A stretch of DNA of 64,000 nt, from NCBI GenBank assembly GCA_965213705.1, contig OZ243913.1:3616001-3680000 (forward strand), given 5' to 3'. The notes below the pieces were generated by a model. It was not told the DNA's origin and did no database searches. It saw only the letters and a list, made by a program, of their open reading frames with translations. Position 1 is the stretch's first letter; every line of letters begins with the position of its first letter. Positions 9,063 to 19,561 of the stretch are shown here, piece by piece. The translations under genes were made by a program, and so were the position numbers. The DNA is from Trueperaceae bacterium. Its GTDB lineage: Bacteria > Deinococcota > Deinococci > Deinococcales > Trueperaceae.

Positions 9063-10209
9063 ACTGACCATCGCTATTTTTCTCGCGTTTTAGTTTCTCG
9101 TCACGCACAAATCTTATTAAGGCTCCTGAAAAATCACTCGCCTTGTAATTACAAGCTAAACTAGCCTCGCAGTGAGTAACAATTTCGCCAATAGTTCGAG
9201 GGATATGAAAAAAGCTTTCGCTGACTAACTTATCTAACATTTCGCTGGGGCCAGGGCGTTTGTTGGAAGAAACTGCTCTAGCTTTTTCGGTTTTTCGCTC
9301 GCTATCGTTTTTTAGCAGACCATCAAACTTGTTGGGTTTGGCGGAAGTCGAAGAGTTGTTCTGCTTCTTTCGAGAACGTTTTTTTGTCGAATAGTAGGGA
9401 ACATCTGAGTTAAGAATTTCTTTAAGCGCTTTCCTTGCGTACTCTTTTCCTGGTTCGCTTAATCCAATGCCGTCATTATAAACAATGGTATCTATATTTT
9501 CACTACTCCAGCGCCGTAGTTCCCGCCTTCTCGTTTCATCTTTTGCGTTATCTCTCAAAACAGTTTGTAATTCTTCGGAGTTAATTTGTTTGTGTCCAAG
9601 CACTTCTTTAGCATACAGAAACAGACAAGCTAATCTTCGAATGAAATCAAAGTTGCTTGATTCTTTGAGACGTTGATCTCCAAGTATGAGGGTACTTCCA
9701 TCTTGGCGAAATATTTTGGATAAAGAGGAAAAATTGGCTTCGCTTTCTTCAGACATGGGTTCTACATCTATGGTTTTATCTTCGAGATCTTGGTCTGGAA
9801 TGAGGTCGGCTTTCCCTTGCCCTAGTTGTTTGTATTCATCTAAAACTTGAGCAGGAGGAAAATTCTGTTTCCACACCTGTTTTGAGCCTAGTCGGTTTCC
9901 TAATATGAAATTTAGAGTGTCTGTCAACTCACCGCCCACATTGTCGGTGAAGGCACTTCGAAAAGTCCGCTTCGATTTGGTTTCTTTGTATTCAATAATG
10001 TTAACGGCAGTATTCTTTTCTTGCTCACTCCGACCTTCGCTACCCAACTCACCTTCACCAACCAATGTGCCACATGAGACGCAGGCACGCCAACCTTCCT
10101 CCAGTATGTCGCGACAATTCTTGCATTTTGCCTGGCTAGCACAGTTCGGGCAAAAAATAGCGCGTTCCGGTAAGACAAAAGAACACGAAGGACAAGAAAT
10201 TTGTGACAT
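9043..10209 (-). CDS. Double zinc-ribbon protein with probable C-terminal winged helix
   Basis: Four CxxC pairs at the N-terminus (CPSC, CPNC, CKNC, CVSC). C-terminus FFHIPRTIGEIV...LKREKNSDGQYEY. Overlaps the start of the downstream gene. Confidence 0.75.
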   Translation of the reverse strand: MSQISCPSCSFVLPERAIFCPNCASQAKCKNCRDILEEGWRACVSCGTLVGEGELGSEGRSEQEKNTAVNIIEYKETKSKRTFRSAFTDNVGGELTDTLNFILGNRLGSKQVWKQNFPPAQVLDEYKQLGQGKADLIPDQDLEDKTIDVEPMSEESEANFSSLSKIFRQDGSTLILGDQRLKESSNFDFIRRLACLFLYAKEVLGHKQINSEELQTVLRDNAKDETRRRELRRWSSENIDTIVYNDGIGLSEPGKEYARKALKEILNSDVPYYSTKKRSRKKQNNSSTSAKPNKFDGLLKNDSERKTEKARAVSSNKRPGPSEMLDKLVSESFFHIPRTIGEIVTHCEASLACNYKASDFSGALIRFVRDEKLKREKNSDGQYEYTAP

Positions 10210-10470
10210 ATGAGAACTTTACCAATTTTTAGAGCCCATGCCAATGCTTAAGTTAGGAAGTTCACCAAGAAGCTGTTCAACCCCAAGGTAAAAAGTAGGA
10301 TTCTCAGGCTTTGATGCAAAAATTGCACCTTCATGGCGGATAGTGAATATCCAACTTAGCCACTAGCCGTCAGCGCTCACTGCAATTTGACAGCCCGAGC
10401 CCTTTCACCTTATAAGTCGTACAATTCCCCAAACTTCTCCGTCAGATACTCTAAATAAGCCCCCAAACCC

Positions 10471-11247
10471 CTACCGCCCCCCATCCACCGACAACGTCTG
10501 CCCCGTCACCCACCCCGCCATGTCGCTGGCGAAAAACAGCACCCCGTTGGCAATGTCCTCAGGCGTGCCAAGCCGTCTCAGGGCGATATTCTGCAGCAGC
10601 TGTTCCTGGCCCTCTTGCCCGTAAGCCTGCCACTGCCGCTCGGTCGTCGGGTTCGAGCGCACGAAGCCGGGCGCGATACAGTTCACCGTCACGCCCCAGG
10701 GCCCGAGTTCATGGGCGAGCTGCCGCGTCAAGCCGATGAGCCCCGCCTTCGCCGCCGCGTAAGCTTGAATCCCGGTGAGGCTCACCCCGAGACCCGCCCC
10801 GCTCGAGATGTTCACAATCCGCCCACCCGCTTGTTTACCACCCGCCTTTTTGAGATGCGGCGCGGCGGCCTGGCTCGTCCAGAAAGCACCATCCAAGTTC
10901 ACGCCGAAAATTGCGTGCCAGTCTTGTTCGGGGACGTGCTCGAGCGGTCGCCCGGTTTGCCCCAACACGCCGCCCGCGTTGTTGACGAGCACATCTATTC
11001 GGCCCATGTCCGTGACCGCTCTTTCGACGAACCTACCCACCGCATTACGGTCGGTCACGTCGAGGGTGAGGGTCAAGAGGTTGCCTATTTCCCGCCCTAG
11101 GCGTTCGGTTTCTTGCAGTGCGTCCTCGAGCACGTCGCCGCCGTAGACGTTCGCACCCAAACGCGCGAAAGCGAGGGCGATGGCCCGCCCGAAACCGTGC
11201 GCGGCCCCGGTGACGAGGACGGTTTTATCGTCAAAGCGAAGTTGCAC
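10471..11247 (-). CDS. SDR family oxidoreductase
   Basis: TGAAHGFG, NNAG and YAAAK motifs. GTG start with AAGGAG SD. Confidence 0.93.
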   Translation of the reverse strand: MQLRFDDKTVLVTGAAHGFGRAIALAFARLGANVYGGDVLEDALQETERLGREIGNLLTLTLDVTDRNAVGRFVERAVTDMGRIDVLVNNAGGVLGQTGRPLEHVPEQDWHAIFGVNLDGAFWTSQAAAPHLKKAGGKQAGGRIVNISSGAGLGVSLTGIQAYAAAKAGLIGLTRQLAHELGPWGVTVNCIAPGFVRSNPTTERQWQAYGQEGQEQLLQNIALRRLGTPEDIANGVLFFASDMAGWVTGQTLSVDGGR

Positions 11248-12259
11248 GAGTCTCCTTTTGCAGCTCGAGCAGGTTCGACCAGGCTCGAGGCCGTTCGCCC
11301 CGTTCAACCTCGCTCATGAGTTGGGCGAGCGTTTTCAAGGTCGGCACTGGAAGAGAGTGCTTCTCGGCGAGGTTCAAAATGGGGCCGTACTGCGCCTCAA
11401 ACTCGGTCTTGCGTTTGTGGACAGCGAGGTCGCGCCACACGCCGCTGTGGGTTTTGGCCGAGCGCTTGTTAAAGGCGACCATCTCGTCAAAGGATTTCTC
11501 GACGGCGGTTTCGTCGGCCCCGAGGAACGCTTCGGGGTCGAAACCGTTGAAACCCAGCGGCGTGATGCCTTCGGTGGTGGCGACGCTCAAGACCTCTCGA
11601 GCCAAACGGGTGAGACCGGGCTGCACTTCAGGCGACGCCAGCACCTCGGCGATGCTCGCGTCGGTCAGCGCGCTGGCAAAAAGCGTCGCGCCGTAACCCA
11701 TCTTGCCCCACAGGTAACCCCAGATGTTGTCGGTGGTGACGGCGTCGGGTTCAAAATGTTGCAGAAGTTTGTGCAGCTCATTTAAACGTTTGCCGTTAAC
11801 GCCGTCCAACTCGCCCACCACCACCGCGCCGCGCCCGCCGTAGTGAATCACACCCGGCGCGAGCACGTCCGCGCCGAAGTTCACAAACGCGCCGACGGTG
11901 CGCTCCTGTCCCACGGCTCGAGCGATTGAGTGTTCGTTGAGGCCGTTTTGCAGCGAGACGACGTAGCCGTTTGCGCTCAAGTAGGGGCGCAGTTCGTTCA
12001 CGGCCGCTTCGGTGTGGAGGGCTTTGACACAGAGAAAAACCGTGTCCCACTCGCCTTCGACCTCGCTGGTGTGGAGAGCGTTCACGGGGAGGGTAAAGGC
12101 GTCGATAGGACCCTGCAGCTCGAGCCCCTTTTCCTTCATAGCTTTGACATGAGCGCGGTTAGTGTCAACGAAGGTCACATCAATCCCGGAACGCGCCAAA
12201 TACGCCCCGACCGTCCCGCCGATGGCCCCCGCGCCCCAAACCAGAATCCTCACCGCCAC
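11231..12259 (-). CDS. Ketopantoate reductase (ApbA/PanE) family protein
   Basis: GAGAIGG, LCVK, SLQNG, LWGK motifs. Confidence 0.9.
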   Translation of the reverse strand: MAVRILVWGAGAIGGTVGAYLARSGIDVTFVDTNRAHVKAMKEKGLELQGPIDAFTLPVNALHTSEVEGEWDTVFLCVKALHTEAAVNELRPYLSANGYVVSLQNGLNEHSIARAVGQERTVGAFVNFGADVLAPGVIHYGGRGAVVVGELDGVNGKRLNELHKLLQHFEPDAVTTDNIWGYLWGKMGYGATLFASALTDASIAEVLASPEVQPGLTRLAREVLSVATTEGITPLGFNGFDPEAFLGADETAVEKSFDEMVAFNKRSAKTHSGVWRDLAVHKRKTEFEAQYGPILNLAEKHSLPVPTLKTLAQLMSEVERGERPRAWSNLLELQKETRATSL

Positions 12260-12948
12260 GGTCCTTCCAGGGCTTCCCTAACCTCCTCGACGCCGACACG
12301 CCAAACCTCGTTCGTGTCCTCGTCGGGGCGCTCGTAACGCCCGCCGAACGAGCCGTCACCCAGCAGCTCGCGCACGCCCGCCGACGACAAAAGACGCATG
12401 AGTTCGGTGTCCACCAGCGGTTTTTGAGTGTCGGGTAAGCTAACGCCCTCGAGCCGCGTCCACGCGAACGCCTCCATCCACGAAGCGTGGGAGGCGTTCG
12501 CGTCTATCTCGCGCACTTTTGAAAGCGTTTTGGGCGCGTTCCACCAGTTGTGCCACTTCACCTGTACGTTTTCGTTTTCGTTCAGCCATTCTTGCAACAC
12601 GGCGCTCGCCGGGCTGTTGCCGCCGTGCCCGTTGACGAATAAAACGCGCTTGAAGCCGGTTGCGGCCAGGCTGTCTAAGATGTCCGTGAGTATGCGGGTG
12701 TAGGTCTCGAGCCTCAAACTCACCGTGCCGGGATAGGCGAGAAAGTAGGGCGTCAGGCCGTAGTTGAGCACCGGGAAGACCGGCACACCCACGGGCTCGG
12801 CGGCCTCCCGCGCGACGCGCTCGGCCAAGATGTTGTCGACGCAGAGGCTTAGAAAAGCGTGCTGTTCGGTCGAGCCTAAGGGGACCACGGCGCGGTCGTC
12901 GCGCTGCAAGTAGCGTTCGACCTGCTGCCAGTTCATGCCGTCTATCAC
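12250..12948 (-). CDS. Creatininase family amidohydrolase
   Basis: PLGSTEQH, NGHGGN, HASWME. GTG start with GAAGGAG SD. Confidence 0.9.
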   Translation of the reverse strand: MIDGMNWQQVERYLQRDDRAVVPLGSTEQHAFLSLCVDNILAERVAREAAEPVGVPVFPVLNYGLTPYFLAYPGTVSLRLETYTRILTDILDSLAATGFKRVLFVNGHGGNSPASAVLQEWLNENENVQVKWHNWWNAPKTLSKVREIDANASHASWMEAFAWTRLEGVSLPDTQKPLVDTELMRLLSSAGVRELLGDGSFGGRYERPDEDTNEVWRVGVEEVREALEGPWR

Positions 12949-13085
12949 AGTAACTCCTTCGTTTTGTAAAACTAGGTTGACAAAGCCGTAACGGACGCTC
13001 GCCTCTGCCAAAAGTGGGGTGCGCTGCGGGTTGGCAGGTTTTAGCATTCAAAACACATGCGGGAGAAAACACAGCCGGGAGGCGT

Positions 13086-13712
13086 TCAAAAGTCAGCCAC
13101 CAAGCCGAGGTGTTCGTAAAGACGCTCGAGCTTAATTCGCAAGTCCTCGACCTCGGCGTGGAGTTGTTCCAGCTCGCTCAACGTGCTGGCGGCGGGCCGG
13201 GCGCGCGGCCGGAGTTTTTCCTCGTCCGTGCCGAGCGTGTGGGCCCAGCGGTCCTGGCTTTGGCCGGGGCCGCGGCCGTGGTTTTGGGCCAGCGGCGGAC
13301 TGTATTCGGCGAGTTTTTGCAGCGTCGCCTCGACGTCGGCCAAGTCTTTGAACGCCACGTAACGCTCGGTCCGGGTGCGCAGTTCGCCAGGCGTTTGCTG
13401 ACCGCGCAGCATGAGGACGGCGAGCACGGCGAAGCCTTTAGGGCTCAGTTGGAAGGTGTCCGCCAACTTGTGCCTGTGTTTGTAAACGCGCTCGTTGTCG
13501 GCCCTGGCTGTGCCGACCAAGCCTTTGTCGCGCAGCGTCTGCAGGGTTTCCTCGACCTCACGCTCCGTGAAGTCTGTGACCGGGTCGCGGTTGGTTTTTT
13601 GGTTGCAGGCGAGCACAAGCGAATTTGTCGTCAGCGGGTAGACCTCGGGGGTGGTGCGCTCTTTCTCGAGCAAACTGCCTAAAACACGAATTTCGCTGCC
13701 ACGCATTCCCAT
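13086..13712 (-). CDS. YceH (DUF480) family protein
   Basis: RVLGSLLEKE.TTPE.YPLT.NSL..ACNQKTNRDPV and LMLRGQQTPGELR. Confidence 0.9.
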   Translation of the reverse strand: MGMRGSEIRVLGSLLEKERTTPEVYPLTTNSLVLACNQKTNRDPVTDFTEREVEETLQTLRDKGLVGTARADNERVYKHRHKLADTFQLSPKGFAVLAVLMLRGQQTPGELRTRTERYVAFKDLADVEATLQKLAEYSPPLAQNHGRGPGQSQDRWAHTLGTDEEKLRPRARPAASTLSELEQLHAEVEDLRIKLERLYEHLGLVADF

Positions 13713-13730
13713 CGGTTGCCAGTATAGCAA

Positions 13731-13776
13731 CAGAACAGGGCCGAGGTCGCAAAAATCCCTCGGCCCTGTTGTTCTG
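13731..13776. terminator. Inverted-repeat hairpin downstream of the ABC ATPase gene
   Basis: AACAGGGCCGAGG...CCTCGGCCCTGTT perfect 13-bp stem. Confidence 0.6.
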
Positions 13777-13786
13777 AAACAACCGT

Positions 13787-14884
13787 CTAGGTGTAGCGGA
13801 TGTTCGTCTCGCTGTCGAGGTCGAAAGCTTGCACCTTGGCGGGGTCGGCGACGAGGTCGATTTTGTCGCCGATTTGCGGGTTGACGTGGGCGTCCAAACG
13901 GGCGACTAAGTTTTGGTCGCCGTCGACCGAGGCGATGACGATGGTCTCCGCGCCGAGCGGTTCGACGACCTCGACGGTCGCGTTGATAGTGTGGCCCTCG
14001 GCGGGAATGTCCGTCATGCCCTTGATGTGCAGGGCTTCGGGGCGGATGCCCATGTAGACTTTTTTGCCGTTGTAGTTGAGCAGTTTTTGGGACAACTCGC
14101 TGTCCGGCTTGACGCTGAACGAGGTGCCTTTAATGGAGCCGTCCTGCAGCGTACCGACCAGAAAGTTCATGGCGGGCGAGCCCATAAAGCCGCCGACGAA
14201 CTTGTTGACCGGCTTGTCGTACAGGTTGATGGGCGTGTCGACCTGCTGGATGAGGCCGTCTTTCATCACCACGATGCGGCTGCCCATCGTCATCGCCTCG
14301 ACCTGGTCGTGGGTGACGTAGATGGTGGTGACGCCCAAACGCCGGTGCAGCTTGGTAATCGAAGCGCGCATCTCAACGCGGAGTTTGGCGTCTAAGTTGG
14401 ACAGCGGCTCGTCCATCAAGAACACTTTCGGCTCGCGGACAATCGCGCGGCCCAGGGCGACCCGCTGCCGCTGCCCGCCCGAGAGTTCGCGTGGGCGGCG
14501 CTCTAAAAGGTGCTCAATCTGCAAAATCTGCGCGGCCTCGCGGACGCGCGTGTCGATTTCGTTTTTGGGCGTTTTGCGCAGGCGCAAGCCAAACGACATG
14601 TTCTGGTACACGTTCATGTGCGGGTACAGCGCGTAGTTTTGGAACACCATCGCGATGTCGCGGTCTTTGGGCGGCACGTCGTTGACCACGCGGTCGCCAA
14701 TTTTCAGCGTGCCGTCGGAGATTTCTTCCAGCCCCGCAATCATGCGCAGCGTCGTCGTTTTGCCGCAGCCCGACGGCCCGACGAAGACCATAAACTCCTC
14801 GTCCTTGATGTGCAGGTTGAAATCTTTGACAGCAGTAACGTTGCCAAAGCGCTTGTATATGTGCTCCAAAATAACCTCTGCCAC
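13787..14884 (-). CDS. Sugar ABC transporter ATP-binding protein (MalK/UgpC/MsmX family)
   Basis: GPSGCGKT, LSGGQRQR, DEPLSNLD and a C-terminal TOBE domain. GTG start with GGGAGG SD. Confidence 0.95.
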   Translation of the reverse strand: MAEVILEHIYKRFGNVTAVKDFNLHIKDEEFMVFVGPSGCGKTTTLRMIAGLEEISDGTLKIGDRVVNDVPPKDRDIAMVFQNYALYPHMNVYQNMSFGLRLRKTPKNEIDTRVREAAQILQIEHLLERRPRELSGGQRQRVALGRAIVREPKVFLMDEPLSNLDAKLRVEMRASITKLHRRLGVTTIYVTHDQVEAMTMGSRIVVMKDGLIQQVDTPINLYDKPVNKFVGGFMGSPAMNFLVGTLQDGSIKGTSFSVKPDSELSQKLLNYNGKKVYMGIRPEALHIKGMTDIPAEGHTINATVEVVEPLGAETIVIASVDGDQNLVARLDAHVNPQIGDKIDLVADPAKVQAFDLDSETNIRYT

Positions 14885-15090
14885 AGCGTCCTCCCAGAAA
14901 ATTGATTTTAACAAGGCGAGTTTAGCACGGTGCCCGCGCAAAGGCAAAGGGGCGCGGCGGGCTGAAATTTGCGAGGGGATAGCTACGACCTCGGTTTGTC
15001 TGCCTCACTCGTCCGACTTATGAACCTGATTGGGCTTTCGGCGTGTTCGTCGCCTCTTGTTGCGACGGGAGAATAGAGGGGTTCGGAGCT

Positions 15091-15295
15091 TCAGCCGTCC
15101 TGACGTTCGTTCTTGATTTCAGCGGTCAACTCAGCCAGCGTCCGATGTTCGTAAAGCTTACGCCGTTCTTCTGTGTAGTTGCCATAGCCCGTCGTGTACT
15201 GTCTGATAAACCTGAGCGTATCCATTTGCGCCCAATTCTCGGCAGAGCAAGACGATGGCTTCGTGGTTGATTTCGGCGAGGGGTTTAACTTTAAC
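15091..15295 (-). pseudogene. Frameshifted small protein, probably an orphan TA antitoxin
   Basis: KPLAEINHEAIVLLCRELGA joins MDTLRFIRQYTTGYGNYTEERR if one base at 15225-15227 is removed. No clear start codon. Confidence 0.5.
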
Positions 15296-15503
15296 CCTCT
15301 TCCTCTGCCCACTTTTTCGCCGCTTCTTCAGCGTCCTCGAGGGCCGCGTCGAGCGTGGGATAACTGTTCTTGCCTTCCCAAACCGTGCTGCCCTCGTCCA
15401 GCAAGCGGATGAACAAATCCGTCCCGTCGCTATAGCCGACTTCCAACCAGCCGTCCAAAACCCAGGCGGCCAGGTTGGGGTAGTGTTTTTCAATCGTCGG
15501 CAT
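15291..15503 (-). CDS. Small hypothetical protein
   Basis: Protein-like ORF MPTIEKHYPNLAAWVLDGWLEVG... Confidence 0.6.
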   Translation of the reverse strand: MPTIEKHYPNLAAWVLDGWLEVGYSDGTDLFIRLLDEGSTVWEGKNSYPTLDAALEDAEEAAKKWAEEEG

Positions 15504-15697
15504 GATGATTTCGGTCAGTTCTCCGCTCACTTCGGTAGAGTATAGCGCGCCTCGAGAACCTCTCAAATACGCCTTCGTTTGTCCATGCGGTAGAGTAGGA
15601 CATCCAGACGGTGGACACGGTTTCGGGCGTCGAGTAGGTGCGCCTCGAGACGCTCCGTCTTGATACGGCTCACCTACGGAACCGACAAGGAGAAACT

Positions 15698-15991
15698 ATG
15701 GCGAACATCAGGGCTGTCGCCCACATCAGGGCGCGCGCCGACAAGGTTGAAGAGATGCGCGCCGTGCTGACGGCTTTGCTCGAGCCGACCCGCCGCGAAG
15801 ACGGCTGCGTCAGCTACATCCTTACCCAGAACTTAGACGACCCGACCGACTTTACCTTTATCGAGGAGTGGAAAAGCCGCGAGGCTATCCAGGCTCACTT
15901 AGGTTCTGAACACGTCGCCGAAGCGCTGTCGCACCTGCCGGAAGTCGGTGCCGCCGACCCCGATATTCGCTCTTATGAGGTTTTGGCTTAG
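15698..15991 (+). CDS. Putative quinol monooxygenase (ABM domain)
   Basis: TRREDGCVSY...FTFIEEW.S.EA..AHL. AAGGAG SD. Confidence 0.88.
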   Translation: MANIRAVAHIRARADKVEEMRAVLTALLEPTRREDGCVSYILTQNLDDPTDFTFIEEWKSREAIQAHLGSEHVAEALSHLPEVGAADPDIRSYEVLA

Positions 15992-16056
15992 CAGGCAAGG
16001 GTTAAGCTTGAAATGACAGCTTAGCCTCGAGCCGTTTACTGATGGCTTCGGTCTGT

Positions 16057-16278
16057 TCAACTCGCGGTCTGGTAAATTACAGGTCTGTACTTCGGCCTGG
16101 GAATGGTTTTGCCCGTTTCTCTCGTGACCTCGAGTCAGGCTTTCTTGGCAAGCTCGAGTTCGGCGAGTGCCTCGGCAGGCGTTTCTCCAAAAGCCGAGCG
16201 GTATTTCAGATCGGGAATATCGGCGATGTAGCCGCCGTCTTCCTTGCTGAAGAACAGGTTGATTTCGTAGTTGTCTAT
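16057..16278 (-). pseudogene. Disrupted HicB-like antitoxin
   Basis: DNYEINLFFSKEDGGYIADIPDL...AFGETPAEAL...KKA*LEV...IPRPKYRPVIYQ. TGA at 16135-16137 sits at the usual Trp position and the start appears as ATA. Confidence 0.7.
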
Positions 16279-16288
16279 CAGGCGTACA

Positions 16289-16492
16289 TCAACCTTTCGG
16301 CTCGGGGATGGCGCGACCCAATTCTTTTGCGGTCTCGAGCCACTTCCCAACAACGACTTCGGCGTTCGCGACCGCTTCGGCGTAGGTTTTGCCGTCCGCC
16401 AGACAGCCGGGCAGTTCCGGCACTTCGGCGATAAAGGCGTCGTCCTCAAAGCTCCAATGGAGAATGACCTCATATTTGGGGTGTTCAGTCAT
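16289..16492 (-). CDS. hicB: HicB family antitoxin
   Basis: YEVILHWSFEDDAFIAEVPELPGCLADGKTYAEAV...IPEPKG. GGAGG SD. Confidence 0.85.
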   Translation of the reverse strand: MTEHPKYEVILHWSFEDDAFIAEVPELPGCLADGKTYAEAVANAEVVVGKWLETAKELGRAIPEPKG

Positions 16493-16545
16493 TGGTATCG
16501 CCTCCGAGGTCTCTTGCAGGACTTTGACAAGGTTCTCGAGCCTCC

Positions 16546-18237
16546 CTAATCCGTCACCGCCCCTTTCGACGCGCTGCCCACCAACTTCGCGTACTTCGCC
16601 AGCACGCCGCGCTCGTACTTGATAGGCGGCGCGTTCCAAGCCGCGCGGCGTTCGTCTAACTCTTCGTCGCTGAGGTCGACTTGCAGCAGGTTCTTTTCGG
16701 CGTCGATGGTGACGCTGTCACCCTCTTCGAGCAGCGCGAGCGGCCCGCCCACTTGCGCCTCGGGCGCGACGTGCCCGACGACGAGGCCGTAGGTGCCGCC
16801 CGAAAAACGCCCGTCGGTAATTAGCGCGACCGAGTCGCCCAAGCCCTTGCCGATGACGGCCGAGGTCGGGGACAGCATTTCACGCATGCCGGGGCCGCCC
16901 TTGGGGCCTTCGTAGCGGATGACGATGACGTCGCCCGCTTGAACGACGTCGTTCATAATGGCGGTCATCGCGGCCTCTTCGCTCTCGAAGATGCGTGCGG
17001 GGCCGGTGATGCTGCTGTTTTTGAGGCCGCTCGTCTTGGCAACGGCACCTTCGGGGGCAAGGTTGCCGCTCAAAATGGCGAGGTGGCCCTGTTTGTACTT
17101 GGGTTTGTCGAGCGGCAAGATGACGTCCTGGTCGGGTGAGGGCGTACCGGACACCTCGGACAGGTTTTCCGCGACGGTTTTGCCGGTCACGGTCAGGCAG
17201 TCGCCGTTTATCAGACCCGCCTCGAGCAGCATCTTCATCACCAGCGGCACGCCGCCTGCCGCGTGAAAGTCGGTGGCGACGTATTTTCCGGAAGGTTTGA
17301 GGTCGGCGACGTGCGGTACTTTGCGGCGGACGCGCTCGAAGTCTTCCAGACTCAAGTCAATCTCGGCGGCGTGGGCGATGGCGAGGTAGTGCAGCACCGC
17401 GTTCGTGCTGCCGCCGATTGCCATGACCACGGCGAGGGCGTTTTCGATGGATGCTTTTGTGATGATGTCTCGAGCGGTGACGCCCTGCTCAATCATCCCC
17501 AACAACGCCTGCCCGCTCGCGGCGGCGCTTTCATACTTTTCGTGCTCGACCGCCGACATAGTTGAAGAATAGGGAAGGCTCATACCCATCGCTTCGAACG
17601 CCGACGACATGGTGTTGGCGGTGTACATGCCGCCGCACGAGCCCGCGCCGGGAATGGCGCGGCGTTCGATGTCGCGAAAAGTGTCCAACTCAATCCGCCC
17701 CGCCGAATACTCGCCTACCGCCTCGAACACGCTGACGATGGTGAGGTCATCGCCGTCATGCTGCCCCGGCAGAATAGTGCCGCCGTAGACGAAAATGCTC
17801 GGCACGTCCAGCCGCGCCATCGCTATCATCGCGCCGGGCATGTTTTTGTCGCAACCGCCCACGGCGATAACCCCGTCCATGCTCTGCCCGCGCACCACGG
17901 TTTCTATCGAGTCGGCGATGACCTCGCGGCTCACCAGGCTGCACTTCATCCCTTCGGTGCCCATCGAAATGCCGTCCGAAACGGTGATGGTGCCGAACAG
18001 TTGCGGCATCCCGCCCGCCGCTTTAATCGCTTCTTCGGCGGCTCGAGACAGGTCACCCAGCCCGGCGTTGCACGGCGTGATGGTCGAAAAGCCGTTCGCC
18101 ACCCCGATGATGGGCTTGGTAAAGTCGTCGTCACCGAAGCCGACCGCCCGCATCATCGAGCGGTTAGGGGCTCGCTCGACGCCTTCGGTGACAGTTGAAC
18201 TGCGGCGGTTGAGTTTTTTTGGGGTTGCGCTGCTCAT
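16546..18237 (-). CDS. ilvD: Dihydroxy-acid dehydratase
   Basis: [49 protein letters not shown]. Confidence 0.97.
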   Translation of the reverse strand: MSSATPKKLNRRSSTVTEGVERAPNRSMMRAVGFGDDDFTKPIIGVANGFSTITPCNAGLGDLSRAAEEAIKAAGGMPQLFGTITVSDGISMGTEGMKCSLVSREVIADSIETVVRGQSMDGVIAVGGCDKNMPGAMIAMARLDVPSIFVYGGTILPGQHDGDDLTIVSVFEAVGEYSAGRIELDTFRDIERRAIPGAGSCGGMYTANTMSSAFEAMGMSLPYSSTMSAVEHEKYESAAASGQALLGMIEQGVTARDIITKASIENALAVVMAIGGSTNAVLHYLAIAHAAEIDLSLEDFERVRRKVPHVADLKPSGKYVATDFHAAGGVPLVMKMLLEAGLINGDCLTVTGKTVAENLSEVSGTPSPDQDVILPLDKPKYKQGHLAILSGNLAPEGAVAKTSGLKNSSITGPARIFESEEAAMTAIMNDVVQAGDVIVIRYEGPKGGPGMREMLSPTSAVIGKGLGDSVALITDGRFSGGTYGLVVGHVAPEAQVGGPLALLEEGDSVTIDAEKNLLQVDLSDEELDERRAAWNAPPIKYERGVLAKYAKLVGSASKGAVTD

Positions 18238-18306
18238 GATGTCCTCCAAGATTCGCTGAGTAGCTAGAAGTGTACCTTGGAGAACCCGCAGTTCGCTATT
18301 CTCGCC

Positions 18307-19101
18307 TCAAACCTTGCGTGCCCGCAGCGCTAGAAACAAGGGGATGTCCTGGTTGTCCTGCTCGCCTTTGTTCATGGGTTGGTCGGGCAGCTCGAGCAGC
18401 GCGTCGACAAACAACCCCGCGTTGCTCAGGGCCGTAACGTAGTCCTGAAGCGGCCGGTGAAAACTCCGCGTCGTGCCTTGCCCTTTAACGTGCTCTTTCA
18501 TCGGCACGTCCAGCGGGCGCAAGTAGCTATCCACCCGGCGATAGGTGAGCTTGCGGCCCGCGTCAAAACCCCAGCCGCTCTGCCGCGGCACCCGAAAACA
18601 AGGGTGCAGCATAAAGATAACGATGCGCCCGCCCTTTTTGAGCGCCCAACCGGCCGCGTTTACAACCTCGTCCAGCGGGTCCATGTCCTGAAGGCTGAGG
18701 AGGAACACAGCCCCGTCGAAGCTTTTTTCTTTGACATTGGGAAGCCGCTGCAAGTTCCGAACGTCTGCGCAGATGAATTCGCCCACCTTGCCGTGGTGCT
18801 GCTTGGCTGAACGCACGAGCGAAGAACTCAGCTCCACCCCGACGTAACTCGCGCCCGCGCGCGCGACGTGCGGCGCGAGGACGCTCGAGCCCGCCCCGAG
18901 GTCAAGAATCTTTTCGCCGGGGCGGGGCTCGAGCAACTCAAGCGTCGTCGGCAGCGCGACTTTCCGGTGATAGTGGCTGCCCTTTTTGCCGACCCAACCG
19001 TCGTACCAACCCGCCACGTTTTCCCAACTCGTAGCTTTGGGTTTGGTGACTTTGGTGGGTTTTGAAGAGTTGAGTTTTGTAAATTTAGGCTTCACCGGCA
19101 T
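18307..19101 (-). CDS. Class I SAM-dependent methyltransferase
   Basis: ILDLGAG motif and FMLHPCF. Confidence 0.85.
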   Translation of the reverse strand: MPVKPKFTKLNSSKPTKVTKPKATSWENVAGWYDGWVGKKGSHYHRKVALPTTLELLEPRPGEKILDLGAGSSVLAPHVARAGASYVGVELSSSLVRSAKQHHGKVGEFICADVRNLQRLPNVKEKSFDGAVFLLSLQDMDPLDEVVNAAGWALKKGGRIVIFMLHPCFRVPRQSGWGFDAGRKLTYRRVDSYLRPLDVPMKEHVKGQGTTRSFHRPLQDYVTALSNAGLFVDALLELPDQPMNKGEQDNQDIPLFLALRARKV

Positions 19102-19150
19102 ATATCTTGTTTCACAAAACTTGTCTCCAAACACAGCTACAATATACTTC

Positions 19151-19561
19151 GTGGCTTCCGACGAGAACGGGCGGTCAAACGAAAAAGCTCCAACCCAAAG
19201 CTTTCTGAAGTACCCTCGAGGGCTCGTCCTTTTTCACCGCTTCTACCGAGGTTTTATCCTAACACCTGTCGTCATTCTCATCATTATGCTACCCCTGAAC
19301 GCTTTTCTCGGTATTTCCCCTCCGCGCATCCTCCACCCGGTTTTTGACGAGTGGCTGTTCGGTTACGCTGCGATTGTGTTGCCGACGTCGCTTCTACTCG
19401 CATATCTACTCTACCTTTTGACCAGTCGAGCCAAGTTCAAGTCGACAGACGAAGAAATAGGTAAAAGAATTAGAAAAAACCTTAAACGTGACGGTTTGTA
19501 CCTGGTAGGTCACTTCGTTTTTATGCTCGCCCTGCCGTTACTTTCGCTGTACCTGAGTTAA
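19151..19561 (+). CDS. Hypothetical membrane protein
   Basis: Three hydrophobic segments. GTG start shortly after a TACAAT box. Confidence 0.55.
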   Translation: MASDENGRSNEKAPTQSFLKYPRGLVLFHRFYRGFILTPVVILIIMLPLNAFLGISPPRILHPVFDEWLFGYAAIVLPTSLLLAYLLYLLTSRAKFKSTDEEIGKRIRKNLKRDGLYLVGHFVFMLALPLLSLYLS

